A stretch of 48,448 nt of DNA from Candidatus Aenigmatarchaeota archaeon (GTDB lineage Archaea; Aenigmatarchaeota; Aenigmatarchaeia; Aenigmatarchaeales; JAADFI01), in NCBI GenBank assembly GCA_015521825.1, contig WANL01000001.1:1-48448 (forward strand), written 5' to 3'. The translations under genes and the position numbers were made by a program. The notes beneath the pieces were generated by a model. It was given only the letters and a program-made list of their open reading frames with translations, searched no databases and was not told the origin of the DNA. Positions 1 to 9,002 of this stretch are shown in pieces. The number at the start of each line of letters is the position of its first letter. Position 1 is the first letter of the stretch.

Positions 1-1
1 G

Positions 2-427
2 GCGGCCATCGAGTACTTGATGACCTGGGGCTGGATGATAGTTGTAATCGCTGTGGTATCCGCGGCTCTGTATTCCCTGGGTGTTTTCAACCCGTCGACC
101 TGGGTACAGAAGAGTTCCCGCGGGTTTTCCTCGTTCTCGGTCGAGGACTGGGTACTCTCCTCGACTTCCCTGACAATCACCCTGGCCTCCAAGGAAGACT
201 CGAGAATAAACGTCACAGAGATTTCCGCTTCTTCGGACGCGGTTTCCTGCTCCGGGGCACAGTCTAAGGTTCTGAATCCCGGTGAGAAAGCCACCCTCAC
301 TGCGGCGTGTACCGGCGTGCCTCCGCGCGGAACCGGGGTAACGCTCGAGGTAACGGTTTCTTTCAGGGACTTGGACTCCGGGCTTTACCACACGGACTAC
401 GGCTATCTCACCGGAAAGGTCGAGTAA
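2..427 (+). CDS. class III signal-peptide (type IV pilin-like) protein, 5' end cut by window edge
   Basis: Frame is open back to nt 2 and reads ..AAIEYL-MTWGWMIVVIAVVSAALY. This is an IEYL-type motif plus hydrophobic helix as in archaeal DUF361/class III signal peptides. The remainder is Ser/Thr-rich. Confidence 0.5.
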   Translation, partial: AAIEYLMTWGWMIVVIAVVSAALYSLGVFNPSTWVQKSSRGFSSFSVEDWVLSSTSLTITLASKEDSRINVTEISASSDAVSCSGAQSKVLNPGEKATLTAACTGVPPRGTGVTLEVTVSFRDLDSGLYHTDYGYLTGKVE

Positions 428-1108
428 TCAGCAGGAAGTGTCCACCGGAACAGAGGTAAAAACCCCGAGGCCGAGTTCCTTCGCGGAAACGACTTTAAAG
501 CCGCTGTTCGGAAGGAACGGCAGGAATCCGGAGTAGTAATCCGAAGCCGTGAGGTTCTCCCTGTACCTGAGAAGTCTACCGGAAGCGTCGTAGATCGCGA
601 CCCGGATTCCCCGGCCTTCGACCGGTAAGAGCGAGGTATTCAGGATCCGGATACGGTAGAAAAGATTCCAGGAGGAACAGTCCTTCCCGATGCTGAGGTT
701 CAGGTAGGAAACCGGAAGGTCGAGAATGAAAATGCCGGGGTAAACCGCGAAGGCCCTGAGTCTTCCTCCGTTCTCCGGAAGGGAACCCGAAGCATTGAAG
801 CCGATGTTGGTTATAACCTCGTACCTCTCCGGGGTTTTCGGCTTCACGCTTATCTCCCCGGACGAAATGTAGGAATCCGGATCGAGCTCCGGGAGGTTGA
901 GCTTCACCGGGATCGCGGTTCCCTCCGAAAAACTTCTCGCGGTCTTCAGCGCCCATTCCATCCTCGAAACCGAGTCCTGGGCCCACCTCAACTTGAGCTC
1001 GTTAGAGTAATCCGAGAGGTACGAAACCGAAACCGCGGCTACGGCCGTGAAGATGGCAAGACCCAGGGAAATCGTGAAAAGGTAATCCACAGAAGACTGG
1101 GCCTTCAC
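428..1108 (-). CDS. class III signal-peptide (pilin-like) protein, 226 aa
   Basis: GTG start. N-terminus is MKAQSSVDYLFTISLGLAIFTAVAAV (short basic leader, Q-x-S-x-D motif, hydrophobic helix). GTGA overlap with the upstream gene. Confidence 0.55.
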   Translation of the reverse strand: MKAQSSVDYLFTISLGLAIFTAVAAVSVSYLSDYSNELKLRWAQDSVSRMEWALKTARSFSEGTAIPVKLNLPELDPDSYISSGEISVKPKTPERYEVITNIGFNASGSLPENGGRLRAFAVYPGIFILDLPVSYLNLSIGKDCSSWNLFYRIRILNTSLLPVEGRGIRVAIYDASGRLLRYRENLTASDYYSGFLPFLPNSGFKVVSAKELGLGVFTSVPVDTSC

Positions 1109-1422
1109 ACCATCACCCTCCTTATCCCGGCTACTCTGTCCTCCACGACGAGGGGCGGTCCCCTTATGAACCCCTCGGGGTAGAACTTCGAGTACTCCGA
1201 AAGCGCGGAAAGGTAGACCCGCCCGGACTCCGCGGTCATGTTGGAAAGTCCGGTGAGGTCGGAAGAGATGTCGTCGAAAACGAAATTCACCCTCGAGTAG
1301 GCGGTTTTAACCGAGCCAACCTCCAAAGAGTAGGCGGATTCCGAAACGAAGGCGGACGCAACCGCCGAAAGGGACCCTAAGAGCACCAGAATCGTTACCG
1401 TGGCAAAAAGAGCCTTAGCCAT
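1105..1422 (-). CDS. small pilin-like / N-terminal hydrophobic-helix protein, 105 aa
   Basis: N-terminus is MAKALFATVTILVLLGSLSAVA. It overlaps both neighbours (8 nt and 4 nt), so it sits in the same operon. Confidence 0.45.
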   Translation of the reverse strand: MAKALFATVTILVLLGSLSAVASAFVSESAYSLEVGSVKTAYSRVNFVFDDISSDLTGLSNMTAESGRVYLSALSEYSKFYPEGFIRGPPLVVEDRVAGIRRVMV

Positions 1423-2071
1423 AGACCACCACCATTCCCGGCCTCGAAACCGTGAACACGGCCCAGCCGAGCTCCCTTCCGTCGACGCTTTCGATCGAAA
1501 CCCGGTAAAAGTCCGTTAGGGTCCGAGGCGGAACGGTTACGACGAACTCCGCGGAGTCACCGTAGACGTAGTCCGGTTCCACAGCCCAGGAAAGACGGTG
1601 TCCGGTCGAGTTGAAAACCCCGAGCGTGACATTCTCCGGTCGCGAAAAAACCGCGGAAACCGTTAGGTTCACAGGAGAGTCCAGGGAGTAGGTGCTGTTA
1701 ACGAAAACATTTCCCGAGGTTCTGGGAGGAAGGCCGTTCAGAAGGATCCTCCTGATCGCGACCCCTTCGGAAGGCTGCCCGGCGAGCCGGAAGAAACCAG
1801 AAGTGTACCCGTAAAGCTCGAAGGACTTCCCCCCGGCTTTTTTCACCAGTTCCGGAAAGTCGCACCCAAACCCGTTCACCGATCCTCTCTCGGCGGCCGC
1901 GGTGCAATTGAACAGGAGTCCGGAAACCTCGGCGGACTCCAGGAGGCTGAAAAGCTCGCCGTAGTCCCGCTGAACTTCCGGAGCCTGGAGACCGGCGACC
2001 AGGGAGGAAACGGCAACGGCCGCAACGGTGAGGGAAAGCGCCGCATCCAGGAGTATCGCAAATCCCTTCAT
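1415..2071 (-). CDS. pilin-like protein, 218 aa
   Basis: Start re-picked to the ATG at 2071, giving MKGFAILLDAALSLTVAAVAVSSL. This ATG forms an ATGA overlap with the stop of the upstream CoA-ligase gene. The longer track ORF runs into that gene. Confidence 0.5.
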   Translation of the reverse strand: MKGFAILLDAALSLTVAAVAVSSLVAGLQAPEVQRDYGELFSLLESAEVSGLLFNCTAAAERGSVNGFGCDFPELVKKAGGKSFELYGYTSGFFRLAGQPSEGVAIRRILLNGLPPRTSGNVFVNSTYSLDSPVNLTVSAVFSRPENVTLGVFNSTGHRLSWAVEPDYVYGDSAEFVVTVPPRTLTDFYRVSIESVDGRELGWAVFTVSRPGMVVVYG

Positions 2072-3405
2072 TTCCTCGCCTCCGAAAAAAGTCTCAGCGC
2101 GTTGATAGCAGCAACGGCCCTCTCGGGGCTCGGAAAAACCGGAATTCCGAGCCTCTCGAGCCTCCTGACCTGCCTTCTCGTATACTCCCCGCCGGAAGCA
2201 CAGACGACGAAAGGTTTTCCGTAAACCTTGCACTCCGCGAGGACATCGACGATTGCCTCGTCGAGCGTGGCTATCTGAAGGAGGGCGATCACCACAACAC
2301 CGTCGACATTCGGATCCGAAAACACCAGGGAAAGCACGCTCCTGTACCTTTCGGAATCAGAATCCCCGGTGAGGTCCAGGGGATTGGAAACCGAAGCGTA
2401 GTCCGGAAGCACCTCCCTTAGCTTTTTCCCGGTTTCGGACCCGAAATCCGGAAGCTCGAAACCCAGGTTCTCGGCCGTATCCGCGGCAAGGATTCCGAAA
2501 CCCCCACCGTCCGTGACTATCGCCAGCCGCCTACCCTTCATAGGAGGTTGGGACGCGAGGACTTTTGAAAAGTCCACCAGCTCCTCCAGGGTTTTCGCCT
2601 CCAGGACTCCGAACTGCCTGAAAACCGAAGAGTAAAGCCTGTAGGAACCGGCCAGGCTCCCGGTGTGTGAAGCCGCTGCCCTGGTCCCGCTCTCGCTCTT
2701 CCCGGCCTTAAGACAAACGACCGGCTTTTTACACCGCCTAACCTCGCGCACGAACTTTTTCCCGTCGGACACGGACTCCAGGTACATGGCGATGCACCTG
2801 GTGTTCGGATCGGACTCCAGAAACCGGAGGAGCTCGACCTCTGTCACGTCAACCCTGTTGCCTATGGACGCGAACTTGGAGATGCCGACCCCGATGTCGG
2901 AAAGAACGTCGAGGACCGCGGTGCCGACGGCCCCGGACTGGGTTACGAACGAGATGTGTCCCTTCCCCGGTCTCTTCATCCTTTCCTCGGGCATGAAAAG
3001 CGTGTCGACTCCGGTGTACGGGTCGAAGACCCCGACGCAGTTCGGACCTATTATTCTGAGCTTCCGTCCCTTCAGCCTCTCCTCCAGGTCCCGCCGCCCC
3101 ACCTCGGAAAATCCCGAAGAAATTATAACCGAAAACCTCACGCCTTTTTTCTCGCACTCGTCCAGAACATCCGGAACCGAAGCCGCCGGAACGCAGATAA
3201 CGGCGAGTTCTACCCTATCCTCCACATCGAGAACCGAGGGGTAGCACCGCAAACCGAGAATCTCTGCGGCGTTCGGATTCACAGGGTATATCCTGCCCTT
3301 AAACCCGGATTTAAGGCTTTTTAGGACGGCGTGTCCGACCTTTCCGGGAGTTCTGCTCGCCCCTATAACGGCAACGGACTCCGGTTCGAAAAATCCCCTT
3401 AACAT
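2068..3405 (-). CDS. ADP-forming acetyl-CoA synthetase alpha-subunit-like protein (CoA-binding plus succinyl-CoA-synthetase-like flavodoxin domains)
   Basis: N-terminus is SVAVIGASRTPGKVGHAVLKSL..RIYPVNPN (CoA-binding Rossmann). A later GPNCVGV and a phosphohistidine-loop-like SHTGSLAG motif are present. 445 aa. Confidence 0.8.
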   Translation of the reverse strand: MLRGFFEPESVAVIGASRTPGKVGHAVLKSLKSGFKGRIYPVNPNAAEILGLRCYPSVLDVEDRVELAVICVPAASVPDVLDECEKKGVRFSVIISSGFSEVGRRDLEERLKGRKLRIIGPNCVGVFDPYTGVDTLFMPEERMKRPGKGHISFVTQSGAVGTAVLDVLSDIGVGISKFASIGNRVDVTEVELLRFLESDPNTRCIAMYLESVSDGKKFVREVRRCKKPVVCLKAGKSESGTRAAASHTGSLAGSYRLYSSVFRQFGVLEAKTLEELVDFSKVLASQPPMKGRRLAIVTDGGGFGILAADTAENLGFELPDFGSETGKKLREVLPDYASVSNPLDLTGDSDSERYRSVLSLVFSDPNVDGVVVIALLQIATLDEAIVDVLAECKVYGKPFVVCASGGEYTRRQVRRLERLGIPVFPSPERAVAAINALRLFSEARK

Positions 3406-3419
3406 CCGTTATTATTTTT

Positions 3420-4721
3420 TCACGATCCAATATAAACTTTCGGGCAGAGGTCCGAGAGGTTACAGGATCCGCACCTCGGGCGCACGGGCCGGCAGACCTC
3501 GCGTCCGAACCTCACAAGACCCTGGTTCACGTACTTCCGGAACTTCGGCGGAATCTTTTCCTCCAGAATTCTTTTCACGGCCTCCCTGGAAGCATCTCCT
3601 GGAACAAGACCGAGTCGCTTCGAGATCCTGTTCACATGGGTATCGACGGCCACAACCGGCTTTCCGAAACCGTAGCAGAGGACGACGTCAGCGGTTTTCG
3701 GTCCGACGCCCGGGAGTCCCATCAACCCCTCCCTGGTATCCGGAACTCCGGAGGAAATTCTCTTACAGAGTTCAACGATTCTCGCGGCCTTCTCCCTGTA
3801 CAGTCCGGCCGGCTTTATCAGTTCGGAAACCTTCTCCGGTCCGAGTTCAACTATCTCCTCCGGGGTTTTCGCCCTGGAAAAAAGCCTTCTGCAAGCTTCT
3901 TCGGTTCTCTCTTCCCTGCTTCTCTGCGAAATCACGCAGGAAACCAGGACGCGAAACGGATCCGCCTCCCTCACCGGACCCGAAATCTCGCGAAGAAGCC
4001 GGGAAATCAGCAGCCTTTCCCGGACGTACTCCGCGAGCCTGCCCCCGGAAATTTTCTTAAGCTCCTTGACGACTCCGGATCCGTACTGGGCGGCCTTTTT
4101 CTTCCTGGAAGCCGCGTCCGGAAAGATCCGGGAAAGTTCGGACCTAAGGATCTTTTTGTCGGCGCGCTTCTCCAAGGGAAGCGAGAGGCAGAACTCGACG
4201 ACTTCCGGGTCCGTGAACGGGAGAACGAGTTCCTTCCCGAACCTGGCGAACATGGCTCTTTCCCTTTCCACGGTTTTCTCGAGCTCTTTAAGCAGGCGGA
4301 TCTGCTCCTCGGCTCCGATTCCGTTCCTGTACCTGTGGTATCCGAGCAGCAGCTCGTCGGAACCCTGACCGGCGACTACCACCCTCTCCCTGGAATTTTT
4401 CGCAACTAAGTACAGCGGGATTTCGAAGCAGACCTCCACAGGAAGCCTCGGACCCGGTTCGAGAAAGTCCAGAACCTCGATAACGGCCTCCTCGAGCCTT
4501 TCCCTGTCGAGAAGGATCGGGACCCAATCGAGTTCCAGGACCCGGGCGAGTTCCCGGGCGGCTTTCACATCGTGGGAATCCGGAAACCCGACAGTGTACA
4601 GCGTCGTCTCCGCGTGCCTGGAGCACAGGTAGGCAACGGTAAACGAGTCCACCCCGCCGGAGAAGGCGACCCCCACACGCTTTAAGTTTTCAACGCGCCT
4701 TTCCAGAAGCTCGAGAAGCAT
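3420..4721 (-). CDS. fusion protein: asparagine-synthase-like PP-loop ATP pyrophosphatase domain plus endonuclease III (HhH-GPD, 4Fe-4S)
   Basis: Start re-picked to the ATG at 4721 (ATGA overlap with the nitroreductase stop). The N-terminal half has the PP-loop VAFSGGVDS and GQGSDELLLGYHRY. The C-terminal half has LPGVGPKTADVVL, VDTHVNRI and CRPVRPRCGSCNLSDLC (C-x6-C-x2-C-x5-C). Confidence 0.8.
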   Translation of the reverse strand: MLLELLERRVENLKRVGVAFSGGVDSFTVAYLCSRHAETTLYTVGFPDSHDVKAARELARVLELDWVPILLDRERLEEAVIEVLDFLEPGPRLPVEVCFEIPLYLVAKNSRERVVVAGQGSDELLLGYHRYRNGIGAEEQIRLLKELEKTVERERAMFARFGKELVLPFTDPEVVEFCLSLPLEKRADKKILRSELSRIFPDAASRKKKAAQYGSGVVKELKKISGGRLAEYVRERLLISRLLREISGPVREADPFRVLVSCVISQRSREERTEEACRRLFSRAKTPEEIVELGPEKVSELIKPAGLYREKAARIVELCKRISSGVPDTREGLMGLPGVGPKTADVVLCYGFGKPVVAVDTHVNRISKRLGLVPGDASREAVKRILEEKIPPKFRKYVNQGLVRFGREVCRPVRPRCGSCNLSDLCPKVYIGS

Positions 4722-5293
4722 CACCCGTCCCTCCAGGGAACTCCGAACTTCTCCCTGTGGACGATGTCCTTCAGAGGCGCCCTGACCGGCATTTCGGGTT
4801 TTTCCTTCCCGTAGCCGAGGGTGATGATCGCGCACGGTCTCACGTAAGGTGGACACTCCAGGATCATGGAAACCCTGTCCTCGGAGAAGGCCCCGACCCA
4901 GCAGGTGGACAGGCCGAGGGACTCCGCCGCCAGAAGCATGTTCTGGATCGCGGCGGCCACGGACTGAATGCAGTAAAGCCTGACGCCCCTTTCGCCGTAG
5001 GTGGCCGAGGCGATTTTCATGTTGATGCAGGCGACTATGAAAACCGGGGCCTGAAGCATCCAGTCCTGGTTGAAGCACGCCTCGACCAGCATTTTCTTGA
5101 TATTCCCGTCCCTGACGACAACAAACTCCCAGGGCTGACGATTCCCGGCCGAGGGAGCGTACCTGGCAGCGTCCAGAACGGTTTCCAGAAGATCTTCCGG
5201 AACCTGCCCGGACCTGTACTTCCTGACGGACCTTCTGGACTTTATAACGTCCAGGACTCCGGGAGCCTTTTTCCTTTTACCGAACACATTCAC
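4721..5293 (-). CDS. nitroreductase family protein
   Basis: Contains RRSVRKYRSGQVPEDLLETVLDAARYAPSAGNRQPWEFVVV, typical of the NADH oxidase/nitroreductase fold. 190 aa. Confidence 0.85.
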   Translation of the reverse strand: MNVFGKRKKAPGVLDVIKSRRSVRKYRSGQVPEDLLETVLDAARYAPSAGNRQPWEFVVVRDGNIKKMLVEACFNQDWMLQAPVFIVACINMKIASATYGERGVRLYCIQSVAAAIQNMLLAAESLGLSTCWVGAFSEDRVSMILECPPYVRPCAIITLGYGKEKPEMPVRAPLKDIVHREKFGVPWRDG

Positions 5294-5312
5294 GAATTAT
5301 AGTATGCCCCGG

Positions 5313-5328
5313 AAAATATTTAAATATA
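5313..5328. promoter_or_regulatory. AT-rich TATA-like element between divergent nitroreductase and alba genes
   Basis: The sequence aaaatatttaaatata lies about 20-35 nt from the ATG at 5293 (minus) and about 45 nt from the alba ATG. The alba ATG has its own GGAGGTGA Shine-Dalgarno at 5359-5366. Confidence 0.4.
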
Positions 5329-5371
5329 CGGAAGCTTCAATTTTGATTAAAAAGTCGCGGAGGTGACAGGA

Positions 5372-5656
5372 ATGGCGGAGAAGCAGGTGGCGGAAAACGT
5401 GGTTCTCGTAGGCAAGAAGCCCGCGATGTCCTATGTGCTGGCGTGCGTGACCCAGTTCAACAACGGAAAGAACGAAGTGGTCCTCAGAGCCAGGGGAAGG
5501 GCTATCTCGCACGCTGTGGACGTGGCGGAAATAGTGAGAAACAAGTTCCTCACCGACGTAAAGGTGAAGGACATAAAGATTTCGACCGAAGAGGTCGAGG
5601 GTGAAAACGGAGAAAAGATGAACGTTTCCGCGATAGAAATCGTTCTTTCGAAGTAG
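5372..5656 (+). CDS. albA: Alba DNA/RNA-binding protein
   Basis: [53 protein letters not shown] matches the Alba family. The ATG at 5372 lies 5 nt after GGAGGTGA. Confidence 0.9.
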   Translation: MAEKQVAENVVLVGKKPAMSYVLACVTQFNNGKNEVVLRARGRAISHAVDVAEIVRNKFLTDVKVKDIKISTEEVEGENGEKMNVSAIEIVLSK

Positions 5657-5657
5657 T

Positions 5658-6293
5658 TCAGATCCTGACGGCTATTATGGAGGCTCGGTCGGCGGCTTCC
5701 TCGGCCGAGTCCGCTATTTTTATTATTTTTTCCGAGAGGTCCGAAAGTATCACGAGGTCCTTGTGGTTTCTTAGGGAAAATATCAGGTGGCGGAGATCGT
5801 GAACCATCTTCCTTACCCGATCCCTCCTCTTTTTGACGGATTCGGAGTACTTCACGACCGAGGCCGGGTTCGAAAGGTCTGAAACGCACCTGACCAGGTC
5901 CGAAACCAGGATTTCAAGCTCCTTCCCGCAGGACACCAGGATTTCGGACATTTCCGGAGAAATTCTGACCGGCCTTATGTCCATATCCCAAGCCGCGCTC
6001 TCGGCGGCATCGGCCACATCGTCTATTTTTTCGACGAGTTCGATCGTGTTTTCCTTGTCCGTGACGAACCGGGAAAACACTATTCTCTCGACCTTCCTCC
6101 TCGCCTCGTCCGCCTCGGTTTCCAGGGCATCGACCTCCCGGGAAAGTCCGGACACGGAGTCCTTCCCTTCGCAGAAAGCCCGGAGGCACTCGGAAAACTT
6201 GGCAACCGTTTTTTTAACAGAGTCCAGGAACCTGGAAAACTCCTCGAGAAATTCCCGGTCGCCGTTCACCGGAAAGAGGGGTCGCATGAACAT
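5658..6293 (-). CDS. DUF47 / PhoU-like phosphate-transport-regulator family protein
   Basis: 211-aa all-helical protein. It has the repeated ..IE.EAD...R..... and ..DDVADAAE.. pattern typical of COG1392/TIGR00153. Confidence 0.6.
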   Translation of the reverse strand: MFMRPLFPVNGDREFLEEFSRFLDSVKKTVAKFSECLRAFCEGKDSVSGLSREVDALETEADEARRKVERIVFSRFVTDKENTIELVEKIDDVADAAESAAWDMDIRPVRISPEMSEILVSCGKELEILVSDLVRCVSDLSNPASVVKYSESVKKRRDRVRKMVHDLRHLIFSLRNHKDLVILSDLSEKIIKIADSAEEAADRASIIAVRI

Positions 6294-6302
6294 AATATTA
6301 TT

Positions 6303-7205
6303 TCACTTCTCCGTATTTATAAGGTTGTCCACGAACGCCTTCGGGTCGAACTCAAGAACCTCGTCGTAACCCTGACCCGAGGAAAGGAAAAGAACCGGCC
6401 TCTTCAGGGTGAAAAGAGCGGAAAGTACGGAACCGCCCTTCTCGCAAACGTCGAACTTCGTGAACACGAACGCGTCCACACCGACCGCACCGTCGAAAAG
6501 CCTGACCTGCTCCACGACGTCGTTACCGGTGAGGGAATCGATAACCAGCACCTTCAGGTCCGGCTTCCCCACCCTCACTATCTTTCTGAGCTCTTCCATC
6601 AGATTCCTGTTCGAATGGCTTCTTCCGGCGGTGTCCACCAGGACAGCGTCTACCCCCCTGGACTTCGCGTGGTTGATCGCGTCGTAAACAACGGCCGCGG
6701 GGTCCGATCCGTACCCCTGGGAAATGACCCTTATACCGAGTGTCTGACCGTGGACTTTGAGCTGCTCTATGGCCGCGGCCCTGAACGTGTCGGCAGCTGC
6801 GAACACGACCGAAAACCCGGAGTCCCTGAGAATTTTTCCGAATTTAGCCACCGAGGTGGTCTTCCCCGAACCGTTGAAACCCAGGAACAGAACGACCCAG
6901 GGTTTTTTCCGCGGCTTTATCTCGAGCGGTTCAACCGAGACTATCTCTAAGAGGGATTTCCTGATCGTGTCGAGCAGAAGTTTTCTGACCGGCCCCTTTC
7001 TTCCAACAAGCGAGGCCTTCACGTCCGAAATTATCTTTTCTGCAACCTCCTGGGCTACGTCCCCTTCCAGAAGCGAAACCTCGAAGTCCCAGAGAGCGTC
7101 CTCGAGATCCTCCTCGCGAATTATCCGGGTCGAAGAAACCTTCCTGGAGATTTTTTCAATTCCCTGCTTCAGTTTTTTTCTCAGAATCGACAGCACGGGA
7201 TTCAC
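6303..7205 (-). CDS. ftsY: signal recognition particle receptor FtsY
   Basis: Has the SRP GTPase motifs GFNGSGKTTS, DTAGR and TKFD. 300 aa with a GTG start. Overlaps the prefoldin 3' end by 50 nt, so the start is uncertain. Confidence 0.9.
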   Translation of the reverse strand: MNPVLSILRKKLKQGIEKISRKVSSTRIIREEDLEDALWDFEVSLLEGDVAQEVAEKIISDVKASLVGRKGPVRKLLLDTIRKSLLEIVSVEPLEIKPRKKPWVVLFLGFNGSGKTTSVAKFGKILRDSGFSVVFAAADTFRAAAIEQLKVHGQTLGIRVISQGYGSDPAAVVYDAINHAKSRGVDAVLVDTAGRSHSNRNLMEELRKIVRVGKPDLKVLVIDSLTGNDVVEQVRLFDGAVGVDAFVFTKFDVCEKGGSVLSALFTLKRPVLFLSSGQGYDEVLEFDPKAFVDNLINTEK

Positions 7206-7578
7206 CGGAGTATTCGGCCTGAAGCCTGCGGAGCTCGGAAGTGAGTCTGTGAATGTCGGAAACCGTCCTGTTCATCTCGGACTCGAGTTCAGAAATCCTC
7301 CTTTCGACGATCTTCAAGGCTTCCGCCCTGGTTTTGACGGCTGCCGCACCGCCTCCCAGACCGACGAGAACCCTCTCCGGATCCGTAACCTTTCCGGACA
7401 CGAAGTTCCCGGAACCCAGAGGTATCCAGGCGGGAGAGTCCGAATCCACTCCGTCCAGAGATTCCAGAGCCTCTCTGGTCTCGAGAAGCTCGTTCATCTT
7501 CTGAAGGAGAACGGCGTACTTCTCCTGAAGGGCTTCTATTCCCCTCTGGACAGCGTAAAGCTCTATTTCCGAAGTCAT
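7156..7578 (-). CDS. pfdA: prefoldin alpha subunit
   Basis: 140-aa coiled coil / beta hairpins / coiled coil. The central WIPLGSGNFVSGKVTDPERVLVGLGGG is typical of the alpha subunit. Confidence 0.75.
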   Translation of the reverse strand: MTSEIELYAVQRGIEALQEKYAVLLQKMNELLETREALESLDGVDSDSPAWIPLGSGNFVSGKVTDPERVLVGLGGGAAAVKTRAEALKIVERRISELESEMNRTVSDIHRLTSELRRLQAEYSGESRAVDSEKKTEAGN

Positions 7579-7799
7579 TTCTTTTTCTCCTCTTCCATTC
7601 TGGCGAGCTCATCGAGATATCCGTCTTTCAGCTCGATTTTAGTTTGGGTCGGCTCGAGGTGGGAAAGGTTGCACCTCCTCTTCCTGACGCCCGGGCCGTG
7701 AACCACGGCGAAGTTGGAGTCCAGAACCTCCAGGACCACGCACAGCCTTCCGGCCTCCCTTCCGGCGATTTTGACGCAAACCCTTCCAGGCTCGAACAT
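7575..7799 (-). CDS. rpl14e: 50S ribosomal protein L14e
   Basis: Start re-picked to MFEPGRVCVKIAGREAGRLCVVLEVLDSNFAVV (KOW motif). This start overlaps the L34e stop. Confidence 0.8.
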   Translation of the reverse strand: MFEPGRVCVKIAGREAGRLCVVLEVLDSNFAVVHGPGVRKRRCNLSHLEPTQTKIELKDGYLDELARMEEEKKK

Positions 7800-7996
7800 C
7801 ACACCACCCCAACCTCGGATTTTATTTTTTCCCTCATGCACCTGGGGCAGAGTTCCGGATAGGGTCTCTCCGGCCTCCTCGAGGACTTCGGCAGCTTCCT
7901 CAGTTCCGACGGCCTCAACCTGGCCCTCACCATCTTTTTACCGCAGGACCCGCAGTGAGGGTAATCCGGTTTCTTTTTTTTCGCCACGTCCACCAC
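7799..7996 (-). CDS. rpl34e: 50S ribosomal protein L34e (short form)
   Basis: Contains CGSCGKKM..LRPSELRKLPKSSRRPERPYPELCPRC, the L34e zinc-ribbon region. Only 65 aa. Confidence 0.7.
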   Translation of the reverse strand: MVDVAKKKKPDYPHCGSCGKKMVRARLRPSELRKLPKSSRRPERPYPELCPRCMREKIKSEVGVV

Positions 7997-7997
7997 C

Positions 7998-8420
7998 TCA
8001 AAGACCCATGATCCTCCTGAATATCAGGGTAGCGGGAACGGATATCACTATGTACCACAGGATCCAGTTGAGTTCTATTCCCCCGAAGGACACCACGGCC
8101 CCGGGAAAGGCGTGAGCCATCCAGGGTATAAATAAAAGGATCAAGCCCGTATTTAAAAGCATGGGTTTCATTATGAGTTTGAATCTCTGCTTCATCAGGG
8201 AAACAATTTCGTCGTAGGTCTCTTCCGTGGGCTTCTTCTTTTTCAGCTCCTGGAGTCTCTTTCCTATGTACCTGAGCTTTGCGTAGTCCGCCGCGTACCT
8301 GTAAAACAGGGAACCTGAAAAGCTGAGGAAAAGGGCTATAATCAGCTCTGCCAGGGCCGGACCCAGTGCGAGGAGCGGTCCGAAAATCGCGTTCATGACC
8401 GAATAGTAAAGCTCTATCAT
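7998..8420 (-). CDS. DUF106 (MJ0480-type) membrane protein, archaeal YidC/Oxa1-like insertase
   Basis: Three-TM protein with a basic coiled-coil loop (RLQELKKKKPTEE). It occupies the conserved archaeal position after adk. Start re-picked to MIELYY (4-nt overlap with adk). Confidence 0.7.
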   Translation of the reverse strand: MIELYYSVMNAIFGPLLALGPALAELIIALFLSFSGSLFYRYAADYAKLRYIGKRLQELKKKKPTEETYDEIVSLMKQRFKLIMKPMLLNTGLILLFIPWMAHAFPGAVVSFGGIELNWILWYIVISVPATLIFRRIMGL

Positions 8421-8974
8421 CCCATCAACCTCGCTATTTCCGAAGCCACCGAACCGGCATCGCCCCTGAGGATCCTGACCGGGCACCCGGTCAGAACCGA
8501 GCAGGCGAACGCTATCGCGCGGTTCACCTCCTGGTGCTCGGCGATGTCCTCCTCGCTTTCGACGTCTCTCCCGGTTCTCGATCCCGTGAGCCGGTCCAGG
8601 GACCTCCTGGAGGCGATGACGCGCGGCTCGTCTTCCCTCACGAGTATTAAGTGGGGTTTAAAAATATTTAAAACCTCCTGGGTCACACCGGGAAGGAATC
8701 CGGAGCTCGTTCGCACCGAGAGGTGGGTGTCGAGAATCACCTTGGTCCCGCGAACCCTGGAAAGGGCCTTTCTCCTGAGGTCGAGAATCTCCTCCGGTTC
8801 CAGCGACCTTATCTCGTCCCTCGAAGAAACAAGGCCCCTTCTCACGGCCTCGTCCAGCATGAGATCCCCGAGATTGTAGACCTCGAGGTCCGGAACCATT
8901 CCCTTCACGAGGTCGAGAACCGTGCTCTTACCGACACCCGGCACACCGGCTAAAATGGCGCGCATATCTTTCAT
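8417..8974 (-). CDS. adkA: archaeal-type adenylate kinase
   Basis: P-loop AGVPGVGKSTV. Length of 185 aa and overall pattern fit the AdkA family. Confidence 0.85.
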   Translation of the reverse strand: MKDMRAILAGVPGVGKSTVLDLVKGMVPDLEVYNLGDLMLDEAVRRGLVSSRDEIRSLEPEEILDLRRKALSRVRGTKVILDTHLSVRTSSGFLPGVTQEVLNIFKPHLILVREDEPRVIASRRSLDRLTGSRTGRDVESEEDIAEHQEVNRAIAFACSVLTGCPVRILRGDAGSVASEIARLMG

Positions 8975-9002
8975 ACCGTTTCCCGGTTTTATATTTCTAA
9001 CG

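Noticed and set aside
4722-5078. N-terminal 119-aa extension of the track ORF 3420-5078
   Set aside because: The extension lies inside the nitroreductase gene in another frame and is Arg/Gly/His-rich junk. The internal ATG at 4721 gives an ATGA overlap and starts exactly at the PP-loop domain. Similar over-extensions were trimmed for 1415-2233, 7575-7841, 7998-8486, 10450-12039, 29406-30401 and 34655-35125.
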